Source of the DNA: Terriglobia bacterium
Lineage (GTDB): Bacteria; Acidobacteriota; Terriglobia; 2-12-FULL-54-10
Direction of reading: 5' to 3'
Length of the DNA stretch: 64,000 nt
Assembly: GCA_963666975.2 (NCBI GenBank)
Contig: CAXVYR010000004.1
Span: 288,001-352,000, forward strand
Shown: positions 30,259 through 39,328 of the stretch, piece by piece
Position numbering within the stretch: the first letter of the stretch is position 1
Layout: each line of letters opens with the position of its first letter
Translations under genes and position numbers: made by a program
Notes under the pieces: model-generated
Databases searched by the model: none
Told to the model about the DNA's origin: nothing
The model's input: only the letters and a program-made list of their open reading frames with translations

Positions 30259-30963
30259 ATGACAGCCAAGCCCAAGGCGATTGTTCTTCTCAGCGGAGGG
30301 ATGGATAGCTGTGTCACCACGGCCATTGCCGCCCGGGAGTGCCGCTTGGCGGCCCTGCACGTATCCTACGGACAGCTCACCGAAGCGCGGGAGCGCCGCG
30401 CCTTTGAGCAGATTGCCGACTTTTATCAAATCACCGAGCGATTGCATGTGGACCAATCCTACCTGCGGCGCATCGGCGGCTCGGCGCTCACGGACCCCAG
30501 TATTTCCTTGCGGGAGGCGGATTGGGAAGCTACCGACATTCCAGCCAGCTATGTGCCTTTCCGCAACGCCCATTTTCTGGCCGCGGCAGTCTCGTGGGCG
30601 GAGGCAATTGGAGCCAGTCGAATCTACATTGGAGCGGTGGAGGCCGACAGTTCCGGATATCCCGATTGCCGGCCCGAATATTACCAGGTTTATAACCAGT
30701 TGATAGCGGCCGGCACCCGTCCGGAAACGCGTATCGAAATCGTGACACCGCTCATTACGCTGCGAAAACAGGAGATTGTCAAAAAGGGGATTGAATTAGA
30801 CGCTCCATTTCATTTAAGCTGGTCTTGTTATCGGAGCCAGGAGATGGCGTGCGGCCGGTGCGACAGTTGCGCGCTCCGCCTGCGTGCTTTTGAGCAGGCT
30901 GGAGCAAAAGACGCCATCCCTTATGCAGCACAACCAAGCTATCATCCGCATGCGGCTTCCTAA
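30259..30963 (+). CDS. queC: 7-cyano-7-deazaguanine synthase
   Basis: SGGMDS, YVPFRN, YPDCR, SCY...CGRCDSC. Confidence 0.95.
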   Translation: MTAKPKAIVLLSGGMDSCVTTAIAARECRLAALHVSYGQLTEARERRAFEQIADFYQITERLHVDQSYLRRIGGSALTDPSISLREADWEATDIPASYVPFRNAHFLAAAVSWAEAIGASRIYIGAVEADSSGYPDCRPEYYQVYNQLIAAGTRPETRIEIVTPLITLRKQEIVKKGIELDAPFHLSWSCYRSQEMACGRCDSCALRLRAFEQAGAKDAIPYAAQPSYHPHAAS

Positions 30964-31062
30964 ATGCGGGCCGTCTGCAAAGTTCGAGCATCGCTGCCTG
31001 AGCCAAACCGCAGGTTCAAGCGTATTGTCTATCGTTTCCCTTAAGGGGGAGGGGGAGAATCC

Positions 31063-32178
31063 ATGTTGAAGAAGACGTTGGCGCTTGTTTCATTTTGTTT
31101 TTTCTTTGTGCTGGGCAGCCACCCGGCAATGGCACAGTTCGGCCAAATGAGAGGGTCCGTGATCAATGAAGATGGCACCCCGTTTGTGGGTGCGGAGATT
31201 CTTATTGACCGGGAAGACATCCGTGGTCACTACGAGCTCAAGACGGATAAAAACGGGAGGTTTTTCCATGCCGGTCTGCCGCTGGGACGCTACAGCGTCT
31301 CGGTCATTATGAGCAACGGTCAACCTTTCTCCATCGGAAATGTCCAGACTAACACTTCGGATCCCGCGATAGTTGAAATCGACCTCCAGCAGGAAAGAAT
31401 GCGGACGGAGGCGGCAGCCGCCGGGGTGCAAGTGGGAGAGGGCGAACTGAGCCCGGAGCAGATAGCAGCTATCGAAAAGGCATCTGCGGAAAGAGCGGAA
31501 CTGATCAAGCAACGCCAGGAGCTTACCGGCCGCTTCGACGAAGCTATGACGGCCATGGCAGCCAAGGATTACGACACGGCTATTCCGGCGTTCGAGGCGG
31601 CGGCGGAGGTGGACCCCACTCAACACGTGATCTTCGCCCAGCTCGGCGAAGCGTTCAGTGGAAAAGCGACAGCGGCCGGCAACTCGGCAGAAAAGAAGGA
31701 ATGGTACGAAAAAGCGGCGGCTTCCTATGAAAAGTCGCTCACGCTCAAACCGGAAGACCCCTCCTATCACAACAACTTCGCTCTGGCCTTGGCCAACGGA
31801 GGAAAGATCGCAGAGGCGCAGGCAGAGTTGGAAAAGGCCGCCGAACTGGACCCTGTAAATGGCGGGCGCTACTACTTCAACCTGGGAGCCGTGCTCATTA
31901 ACACGGGGAATATAGACGCGGCAATCGATGCCTTTCGCAAAGCCACCGAGGCAGACCAGAACTTTGCCGATGCCTTCTACCAACTGGGGGTAACCCTCAC
32001 GGGCCAGGCTACTGTGGACAACGCCACCGGCAAGGTGATCCCCTCACCCGGCACCCTGGAGGCGTTGCAAAAGTATATCGACCTGGCTCCCGACGGGCCG
32101 AACGCCGCTGCGGCTAAAAGCCTGATCGACACGATGGGTGGTGCCGTGACCACCAGCGTTGATCTCTCAAAAGACTAA
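31063..32178 (+). CDS. Exported carboxypeptidase-regulatory-like domain + TPR protein
   Basis: Signal peptide, KTDKNGRF...GLPLGRY, multiple TPRs (YYFNLGAVL, AFYQLG). Confidence 0.85.
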   Translation: MLKKTLALVSFCFFFVLGSHPAMAQFGQMRGSVINEDGTPFVGAEILIDREDIRGHYELKTDKNGRFFHAGLPLGRYSVSVIMSNGQPFSIGNVQTNTSDPAIVEIDLQQERMRTEAAAAGVQVGEGELSPEQIAAIEKASAERAELIKQRQELTGRFDEAMTAMAAKDYDTAIPAFEAAAEVDPTQHVIFAQLGEAFSGKATAAGNSAEKKEWYEKAAASYEKSLTLKPEDPSYHNNFALALANGGKIAEAQAELEKAAELDPVNGGRYYFNLGAVLINTGNIDAAIDAFRKATEADQNFADAFYQLGVTLTGQATVDNATGKVIPSPGTLEALQKYIDLAPDGPNAAAAKSLIDTMGGAVTTSVDLSKD

Positions 32179-32192
32179 ACGAGTTAAATAAC

Positions 32193-32219
32193 CGGGACAG
32201 GGGCTGCGCCCCTGTCCCG
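32193..32219. terminator. Strong GC hairpin after the TPR gene
   Basis: CGGGACAGGGG-CTGCG-CCCCTGTCCCG; no clear U-tract. Confidence 0.45.
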
Positions 32220-32315
32220 CATGGATACAGCGCGGCAGCCGGCAATAGATCAGAGGGGGAGTTTTTTTTGCCTCTGACCTCTTCCTATCTTCTTCGATAA
32301 ACGGACAAGCGTTTC

Positions 32316-32600
32316 ATGCTTCGGATTCTGTTCATCATTGCCGTTGCCTGGCTGGTTCGGTTTCTGTGGAACACTCTGGCCGGAAAAACTTCCCGAACCC
32401 ACTCCTCCCCGCCCAGCGGCCGTGGCCCCTCGACAGGATCAAAAGTGATAACGGGCCAAATGAAAAAAGACCCTCAGTGCGGGACCTATGTTTCCACCGA
32501 ACTCTCTTTGAAATCCAGCTACCACAACGAAGTGCTCCATTTTTGCTCTCGCCAGTGCCAGGAGAAGTTCTTAGAGGCTCGAACCGGCAAGTCTGCGTGA
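32316..32600 (+). CDS. Small membrane-anchored YHS/TRASH-domain protein
   Basis: Hydrophobic N-terminus, KDPQCGTYV...HFCSRQC. Confidence 0.8.
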   Translation: MLRILFIIAVAWLVRFLWNTLAGKTSRTHSSPPSGRGPSTGSKVITGQMKKDPQCGTYVSTELSLKSSYHNEVLHFCSRQCQEKFLEARTGKSA

Positions 32601-32749
32601 CGCTCTGCCTTTTGCCCAGTAGTGTCCCCCAGTAGTGTCCCAAGGTTATCCTCTGAACGAACACCTCCTTTGATCCGCTCGCCAAGCAACCGGCAAGGAA
32701 GAAGGAAGAATGTTACGCCCGGCTTTTGGGGGAATCTCTTCCTGGTTTT

Positions 32750-33667
32750 TTAGGAATGGTTGGAAAGGTCGCGGACGTGACGGATGCCCGCCTTGCGGCA
32801 GCAGGCCTCCAGTTCCCGCACGATGCGAACGGTCGCCCGCGGATCGTAGAAGTTAGCCGTTCCCACCTGCACGGCGGCCGCCCCGGCGCGCAGGAACTCA
32901 GCGGCGTCGGCGCCGCAGAGAATCCCGCCGATACCGATGACGGGAATTTGAACCGCGCGGGCCGTCTGATAGACCAAGCGTAATGCCTGGAAACGAATGG
33001 CGGGACCGGAAAGACCCGCTATTTTTCCAGGGATGGGCGGCTGACCTGGGGCAAGCCCGAATTGCATTCCCACAAACGTATTGACCAGGCAGAGAGCGTC
33101 GGCCCCGGCAGCCTCGGCGGCCTGCCCAAAGGAAACAATGTCGGTGACATTCGGTGAAAGCTTTACCAGCAAAGGACGGCGGGAGATTTTTCGCACGGCG
33201 GCGGTGACCTCGTGGGTCAACGCAGGGTCGCTTCCGAAGGTGATTCCCCCGCACCTCGTATTGGGACAGGAGAGATTCAGCTCATATGCTGCCAAGCCTC
33301 CTCCTGTGGCCTCCATACGCTGAACTACTTCCACGTAGTCTTCCGTCGTCTCTCCAAACACGTTGGCGATGACCGCAGTGCTCAGTTGCCCCAGCCGAGG
33401 AAGCTTTCCCCGCAGGAAGGCATCCACTCCAATGTTCTGGAGGCCAACGGAGTTCAGCATGCCGGAGGGAGTTTCCGCCAAACGGGGAGGCGGATTGCCT
33501 GCCATCGGCTCGCGCGAGAGGCCTTTCACCACCAGACCGCCCAGTTCATTCAGGTCCAGCAGCGGCTCAAACTCCACCCCATAACCAAATGTGCCGCTGG
33601 CTGCGATGACAGGGTTTTTTAGCCGCAGCCCGGCAAACTCCACCGCCATGTCGGGCGCTTCACTCAC
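32750..33667 (-). CDS. pyrD: Dihydroorotate dehydrogenase, family 1
   Basis: NPVIAASGTFG, LNSVGLQN, NLSCPN, KLSPN, GLSGPAI, VQVGTA; start GTG 33667 or ATG 33649. Confidence 0.93.
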   Translation of the reverse strand: MSEAPDMAVEFAGLRLKNPVIAASGTFGYGVEFEPLLDLNELGGLVVKGLSREPMAGNPPPRLAETPSGMLNSVGLQNIGVDAFLRGKLPRLGQLSTAVIANVFGETTEDYVEVVQRMEATGGGLAAYELNLSCPNTRCGGITFGSDPALTHEVTAAVRKISRRPLLVKLSPNVTDIVSFGQAAEAAGADALCLVNTFVGMQFGLAPGQPPIPGKIAGLSGPAIRFQALRLVYQTARAVQIPVIGIGGILCGADAAEFLRAGAAAVQVGTANFYDPRATVRIVRELEACCRKAGIRHVRDLSNHS

Positions 33668-35390
33668 GAGGAGTGCCTTTGGTGAGGGTGGGCGTTGCTT
33701 GCTTCCCGGCAGGCGCACTCGGCAGGAGCGCCTCGCGCAAGACTCTTCCGGTAGCCGCAGCGGGCGGGTTGATCTGCAACACGGCAGCCAGGGTAGGAGC
33801 CAGGTCAGCCGGGCTCGCCTCGGTATGAAACACCTCTGCGCGGAAGGCACTCCCCCACAAAATCAGCGGAACTCGCCGGTCGTAGCTGTAGGGGGATCCG
33901 TGGTCCGTGCCGCCGCCGGGAAACGCCTCCACAAAAAACGGGGCGTAGCGCAATGCCAGGTTGCCTGCCCGCCCGGGAAAATAACTGCGTGCGTAAAGCG
34001 CCCGCATGGAATCTTCGTCAGCGCCCCCGTCCAACTGACCCGCCGTGTAATAGGCAACCACTCCATCCTGTTCAAGAGCTGCCTCTCCTGCCGCGCGGGC
34101 AACTTGTTCCCGGTCCAGACCGTGCCGCTCCATGGCCTCGTGATTGAGATAGATCCAGGGAGATACATAACTCTCGATCCACTCTTCACGGCCGAACTGC
34201 AAGGCCAGAGCCTCGTTGATTTCACCGGTAAGCTTTTGGGCGTCGATTCGCCCTCCGCCCAAGCGCGCGGCCTGCGCTTGCTCCGGCAGAGGCGCGACCC
34301 CGTGGTCGGAGCTGAGCCCTAAAATCACGTTCTGCAAACCCACACGGCGGTCGAGGAAACTAAAAAACTCCTCCATCTGCCGGTCGATGCGCAAAAACAT
34401 GTCTTCGACCAGAGCGGAATCCGGACCTACTTGATGACCCAAGTAGTCCGGGGAAGAAAGGGCGATCCAAAGAAGGTCCGCAGTCTGGTCCTCTCCCATT
34501 TGGTAAGCTTCCACTGCGGCCTCTGCCAGATCAAATTGCAACTGAGAGGAGAACGGCGTGGCGCCAAAGTCAAACCAGAACTTCTCCCTGCCCTGCGGAC
34601 CCGGTTCCAACTCTAAGCGGCGTTCAAAGGCCTCTCCTTCCAAGGGATTCCACTGCTTGCCGGCGTAGGTTTCGAGGCTGTGATCCTGATTAAATTGCAC
34701 GAGCCACTGCGGGAGCGATGCCATGTAATAGCTGGAAGTCAGGAAGCCCTCCGCGGCGATATCGAACCAGAAAACCGCGTTCGGATTTTTGCCCGCAGCA
34801 ATCACGGCAGCTTTATCCTTCATGGAAACGGAAATTACGCGGGAAGCTCCTCCGTTGGAGAGGCGCAACTCATCGCCGAGCGTTGTGCCCTCCAGCGCCC
34901 AGGGAGATGCTCCGTTCGAGCTTTCTTCAGGATTCCCCGGCAGGAACCTCTCAGCCAGGAAATTCCTAACCAGTGGATACGCTTCGTCCGCAGCCGCAGC
35001 CATCGTCCTTCCCCGTCCACGGTCATACCACGAGTTGCCGACAATCCCGTTGTGCCGGGGGTAAGAACCGGTAGCCAGAACCGCATGGCCTGGAGCGGTG
35101 GCCGTTGCGGCATACTCATACTGGCAATTGGCAAAGACCGATCCTTTCCGCAAAAAACGATTGAACCCGCCCGGCCCAAACCGGGAGCGGAAGCGCGTGA
35201 GATAATCGGATCGCAACTGGTCGATGACGATGATTACAACCAGTTTCGGCGCTTGCGCGTGCAGGCTGGAAAAACCAAATCCCAAAAGCAGCAAGACCAA
35301 AATAATTAGGTTGATTTTCTTCGCAGGCGGCGAGGAGATGCTCCTCTGCAATCGATTTGCTGGCCTCGCGTCATTGATTGGTTTCTTCAT
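33660..35390 (-). CDS. PafA-like alkaline phosphatase family protein
   Basis: IVIDQLR, TATAPGHA (Thr nucleophile), DYLGH, SDHG, HGSPYSYD. Confidence 0.88.
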   Translation of the reverse strand: MKKPINDARPANRLQRSISSPPAKKINLIILVLLLLGFGFSSLHAQAPKLVVIIVIDQLRSDYLTRFRSRFGPGGFNRFLRKGSVFANCQYEYAATATAPGHAVLATGSYPRHNGIVGNSWYDRGRGRTMAAAADEAYPLVRNFLAERFLPGNPEESSNGASPWALEGTTLGDELRLSNGGASRVISVSMKDKAAVIAAGKNPNAVFWFDIAAEGFLTSSYYMASLPQWLVQFNQDHSLETYAGKQWNPLEGEAFERRLELEPGPQGREKFWFDFGATPFSSQLQFDLAEAAVEAYQMGEDQTADLLWIALSSPDYLGHQVGPDSALVEDMFLRIDRQMEEFFSFLDRRVGLQNVILGLSSDHGVAPLPEQAQAARLGGGRIDAQKLTGEINEALALQFGREEWIESYVSPWIYLNHEAMERHGLDREQVARAAGEAALEQDGVVAYYTAGQLDGGADEDSMRALYARSYFPGRAGNLALRYAPFFVEAFPGGGTDHGSPYSYDRRVPLILWGSAFRAEVFHTEASPADLAPTLAAVLQINPPAAATGRVLREALLPSAPAGKQATPTLTKGTPRE

Positions 35391-35434
35391 AACGTGTCCG
35401 GAAGTCGCCGTTCGCTGGTTGCACGAAATCAACA

Positions 35435-35812
35435 TCAGCTCCCGCCCGCCTCTTTACGATCCTCGCTTCTCTGCGATCCCTGCGAAAACCATACCACCGT
35501 GGCGCCCCAACTGCCAGCCCCCATCGGCGCATCTTCAAAGGAGGTCACAAAAGGTGTCCGCGCCAAAAGGGAGCGGACCAGGGAGCGTTGCACTCCTGCT
35601 CCTTTGCCGTGGATGATGCGGACGGTGGAGAATTCCATGGCCCGAGCCTCCTCCAGATAGGCCTCGACAACCGACTTCACATCGCGAGGGGCGAACGAGT
35701 GCAAGTCCAGCACGTCGGTCACTTCCAGCGGGACGGGCGCCAACGTTGCTTCTTCATCAGAGTCTTGTTGCCCGGCAGAAATACTCCGCTCTGGTTCCTT
35801 GGAATTTTCCAT
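35435..35812 (-). CDS. Stand-alone Smr/MutS2-domain protein
   Basis: LDLH, RIIHGKGAG, GATVV; start at 35812 has a GGAGG RBS (35863 also possible). Confidence 0.88.
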   Translation of the reverse strand: MENSKEPERSISAGQQDSDEEATLAPVPLEVTDVLDLHSFAPRDVKSVVEAYLEEARAMEFSTVRIIHGKGAGVQRSLVRSLLARTPFVTSFEDAPMGAGSWGATVVWFSQGSQRSEDRKEAGGS

Positions 35813-35939
35813 CTTTGCCGAGCCTCCGGTTAAGGTGCGAAGCATTTGCCAGAAGGACATCATGGTCTCTCAAAGGGGTCTCTCAAAAGGGTCTCCCAAA
35901 AAGCCGGCTTCCCAACTCCCCTGACTCCCAAACAGAAAT

Positions 35940-36710
35940 TCAACGCTCCTCGCCTCCCACCATAGGAACAAAGCGGACAGAAATTACGGTGCGCTCTACG
36001 ATGTGGTCCGAGGTTTCGCTTTTCTCCAGCACCATCAGCTTTTGTGTTTTCCCTGCCTTCCCCACCGGTACTACCATGCGCCCGCCGCGTTTCAGTTGGG
36101 CCCTCAGCGCTGGAGGGATCTCCGGCGGAGCCGCCGTCACCAGGATGCCGTCAAAAGGCGCGTGCTCAGGCCATCCCAGGTAGCCATCGCCGATTCTCAC
36201 ACGGACATTGGCAAAGCCCAGCCGCTCCAGAAGACGCTCAGCGGCTAAACCTAAACGAGGCACAATCTCAATCGAGTAAACCTGCCTCGCCAGACGCGAA
36301 ACGACCGCGGCCTGGTAGCCGGAGCCGGTCCCAATTTCTAAAATGACATCCTCCGGCTGCGGCTGCAACAATTCCGTCATCAGGGCAACGATGTAGGGCT
36401 GGGAGATGGTCTGCCCATTCCCAATCGGCAGAGGCTTGTCTTGGTAAGCTGCGGCCCGCAGATGCGGCGGCACAAACAGATGACGCGGAACCTCGCGCAT
36501 CACTCGGAGAACTTTTTCATCGTGAACACCACGCGCGCGAATCTGGTCGCGCACCATGATTTCGCGACGCCGCTGGAAAGTTTTTTCGGCGGATATTTGT
36601 TCAGCAAGGCCTTGTTGAACAACCCCAGCCCAGCCAGCATAAACCAGCACGCACAGCGCAACCACCGTAAAAAAGAATTTGCAGGCTGGAAGTTTTTTCG
36701 GAAGGTTCAT
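35940..36710 (-). CDS. pcm: Protein-L-isoaspartate O-methyltransferase
   Basis: VPRHLFVP, QTISQPY, LEIGTGSGY, GDGYLGW, VRFVP. Confidence 0.95.
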   Translation of the reverse strand: MNLPKKLPACKFFFTVVALCVLVYAGWAGVVQQGLAEQISAEKTFQRRREIMVRDQIRARGVHDEKVLRVMREVPRHLFVPPHLRAAAYQDKPLPIGNGQTISQPYIVALMTELLQPQPEDVILEIGTGSGYQAAVVSRLARQVYSIEIVPRLGLAAERLLERLGFANVRVRIGDGYLGWPEHAPFDGILVTAAPPEIPPALRAQLKRGGRMVVPVGKAGKTQKLMVLEKSETSDHIVERTVISVRFVPMVGGEER

Positions 36711-36800
36711 TGCTCCACCGCTGCTATTGCCCTTCCAAGCGAGTGAAAGAACCTACTGCAGGAAGGAACCGCCTCGGACAACTAGCGCGAGGGCATCCCA

Positions 36801-37028
36801 TTACCTCAACACGCCAGGCGGTTCCAGGGCCTCTATGCTGGGCGCGAAGACCCAAATTCCCGTCTCGACCCGTTCAGCCTCCGAGGACCACTGCGAAGGT
36901 TCCACATACTCGTAGCAACGCTGGTAGAAATTGGGGATGCTTTCGTGAGGGAGATAGACCAAAGCGATGGTCGGCAGCAGTTCATTCTCCAGGAATTCAT
37001 CGGAAGGTCTTTGCTGGAACATTGACAT
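36801..37028 (-). CDS. Small hypothetical protein
   Basis: 75-codon ORF filling the gap between the FmdE-family gene and pcm on the same strand; no recognisable motif. Confidence 0.45.
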   Translation of the reverse strand: MSMFQQRPSDEFLENELLPTIALVYLPHESIPNFYQRCYEYVEPSQWSSEAERVETGIWVFAPSIEALEPPGVLR

Positions 37029-37057
37029 AGAGGATTCTCGCTTCCTTCCCGCTTCAC

Positions 37058-37645
37058 TCAGGACGACTGCACCGGCCGGTAGTAGGCTTCGCCATCGCAT
37101 GCATGGCAGAGCACATGGCCGTTGCGCCGCACTTCCCGCTTGAAATTGATGCCCTCGCCACATTGCTCGCAGATCACGCGCTCGCCTTTATATCCGGGGA
37201 ACTCCTCGGGCGGAAGCTCCACCTCCACCCATGCCTCGTCGAAAAGGTCCTTTTCGGACATCTGGCGATAGGCAGCCATCTGCTGCTGGTTCTTGTCGGC
37301 AACTTCCGGAAACAGGCAGCGCGCCTCCTGCTTGGAACTCTCCCTCGCCACCAGACGGATGGCTTTGTTCCCTTTGAGATCAACAAACGTGGCGGCCACC
37401 TTCCCCCAGTCCCGGAACTTCAGCGCCCGCTTGCCCAGCCTGCATCCGGTCACCACGACCACCGCGTCGGTGGCGCAACGGTCGATCTCAACAAAGGTTA
37501 CCAGCCGCTTGCGCTCACGAATGGGATCATCGATGCCCAAACGGATCAAGCCCAGCATGGCCATGCGAACGCCCAGCACCTGCCCGGCGCACAGGTGCCC
37601 GTGGGCGCGCTCCGCATCCTGGAGATATTCGTCAAGTGTCTTCAT
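37058..37645 (-). CDS. FmdE-family protein with C-terminal zinc finger
   Basis: HGHLCAGQVLG, CATDA, TGCRLGK, CEQCGE...CHAC. Confidence 0.9.
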   Translation of the reverse strand: MKTLDEYLQDAERAHGHLCAGQVLGVRMAMLGLIRLGIDDPIRERKRLVTFVEIDRCATDAVVVVTGCRLGKRALKFRDWGKVAATFVDLKGNKAIRLVARESSKQEARCLFPEVADKNQQQMAAYRQMSEKDLFDEAWVEVELPPEEFPGYKGERVICEQCGEGINFKREVRRNGHVLCHACDGEAYYRPVQSS

Positions 37646-37835
37646 GTTGCGCCTCGCTGGCCGGGAAGGGTCGATATGCGCCCGGCTAATTTGATTGTGG
37701 CAGAGAGCAAAAGGTGGGTCAACGGTGATGTGGACCTACACAGGTATGGAATAGCAATTCATTGCTCGATGAAATCTGGCGTCCACCACAGGGTTGCTCT
37801 CAAATCCTTCTCCGCCTTCACCTGGAATTTCTCCC

Positions 37836-37865
37836 TTGACTCATCCATAACTCAGGAGTTATAAT
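37836..37865 (+). promoter_or_regulatory. Sigma70-like promoter with palindromic operator upstream of TA pair 1
   Basis: TTGACT-18nt-TATAAT; ATAACTC-AG-GAGTTAT at 37847-37862 overlaps the -10. Confidence 0.7.
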
Positions 37866-38007
37866 TACTTTTCTTTCTCGGGGGGGGGGGAAGAAATAAT
37901 AAGCGCGCCCCTTGCGACGACGCTTCAACCTAAACAATTTCACAGAAAGACTTTGAAGAAAACAAAGGAGGTCGCCAGATGACACAACTGAAGACAAGGA
38001 AACAGAA

Positions 38008-38382
38008 ATGGAAATTGGTAAGAAACGCAACAAGTGGACCATTGATGAATATGTGACAACTGGTGGTCAGAATTTGGTCATGGCCTTCCTCTCTAAGCAG
38101 ACCGGTCGGGCCAGGACCGAAGCAATTGCCTTGCTTAATCTCTTGCAGGAACGCGGAAATCGTCTCAGGATGCCCCATTCCAAGCCTCTTGGAGGCGGGT
38201 TATTTGAGCTTCGGAGGTTTCATGTGCGGATATTTTACATGTTCCGGTCGGGGCGTCGGATTACTCTCCTTGATGGGATGGTGAAAAAACAGGATCAGAT
38301 TCCGCCAAAGGTATTGGGTCGTGTGAGGCAGTATCAGAAGGAAATCGAGGCCAAAGATGCCGAGGCAACCCGGGGTCCGTAG
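38008..38382 (+). CDS. Type II TA toxin, RelE/HigB (Gp49-like) family
   Basis: LRMPHSKPLGGGLFELR, RIFY, KKQDQIP. Confidence 0.88.
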   Translation: MEIGKKRNKWTIDEYVTTGGQNLVMAFLSKQTGRARTEAIALLNLLQERGNRLRMPHSKPLGGGLFELRRFHVRIFYMFRSGRRITLLDGMVKKQDQIPPKVLGRVRQYQKEIEAKDAEATRGP

Positions 38383-38419
38383 CAATAGTCAGAGTTAGTG
38401 CTTTTCTATATTAGAGATT

Positions 38420-38767
38420 ATGAAAACTAAAAAGAAGAAGCGCTCGACTACACAGAGCGCGGTGATGAATTGGATCAATGAACAGATTGCCCGCGATTCC
38501 GAGCTTCAACAGCAAGTGGAAGAAATGCTGAACGAAATGCGGATTGAGCAAGACCTCGCCAAATTGAGGCAAGATCGGGGGTTATCACAGAGCCAACTCG
38601 CCAGGATACTCAGGGTAAGTCAACCTGCTATTGCTAAGATCGAGTCCGGAAGAGTGAAAAATCTCGAATTGAAAACATTGGTTCGATATGCAATCGCGCT
38701 TGGCAGTAGAGTCAAGATAGAGGTGAAACCGGCCCAGGAACACCCCATCACTCGCCCACGAAAGTAG
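38420..38767 (+). CDS. XRE-HTH antitoxin (HigA-like)
   Basis: GLSQSQLARILRVSQPAIAKIESG; follows toxin. Confidence 0.88.
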   Translation: MKTKKKKRSTTQSAVMNWINEQIARDSELQQQVEEMLNEMRIEQDLAKLRQDRGLSQSQLARILRVSQPAIAKIESGRVKNLELKTLVRYAIALGSRVKIEVKPAQEHPITRPRK

Positions 38768-38837
38768 GGGCATCCCACAGGTTTCAGGATATGCCCTCCT
38801 GTAGTTCCCATAAATGTCAGTTTAAATTTCGGTTAGT

Positions 38838-38945
38838 TCACATTATCTCCTTCTCAAATAGAAGGCGCTCGAAACGACCCTTCTGAGTCCTGCCTGCTTC
38901 CCGAAATCCATTTTTCCAATAGAGTTTTTGGGCGGCTGTTTGCCA
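38838..38945 (-). pseudogene. C-terminal remnant of a GNAT acetyltransferase
   Basis: QTAAQKLYWKNGFREAGRTQKGRFERLLFEKEIM resembles a GNAT motif-B tail. Confidence 0.55.
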
Positions 38946-39328
38946 GTATGCTGGGGCGGATCGATGGACTATCGCTTCCGTCGGGATAGCATCAGTTGTG
39001 GCACACAAGAAATCGAACCGATTCTTTCCCAGGAATGGAGTGGTGTTTGAAAAGGTGGTTTTGGAAGCCGGGCCGACGGACTCCTGGACCCGGAGAGGAT
39101 CGCTCGGAGCCCTTAGACAGAAGAACTCTGCTGGAAGGGTCCAATGGAAGACCAATGGTTGTATACTCACGAGTGCCGGAGAGCCAAAAAACTAATTCCG
39201 GCCAAAACCAGTTTCACAGCCCCTCACTGTGATGTAGGCTCACACTGCCAGTGGTACAAAAAATCGGGCAGGTCACAATCGTTCCCTAAAAGGAAGGTCC
39301 TATCAAAGCGAAAGCCTACCGCGCGCCA

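Noticed and set aside
27029-30963. DinG helicase + queDEC as a Dpd/Qat-type DNA-modification or defence island
   Set aside because: No DpdA/TGT paralogue or other dpd/qat genes; the proteins look like ordinary queuosine-pathway enzymes in housekeeping context.
35813-35828. GGAGGCTCGGCAAA shared by the Smr and dnaK ribosome-binding regions
   Set aside because: A 14-nt match that includes the SD core is plausible by chance in 64 kb.
35864-35902. CRISPR array
   Set aside because: Only three abutting 13-bp units with no spacers; no cas genes or repeat-spacer array seen anywhere in the window.
39228-39244. CRP/FNR site TGTGA...TCACA upstream of the kinase
   Set aside because: Spacer is 7 nt rather than 6; single instance, no supporting context.
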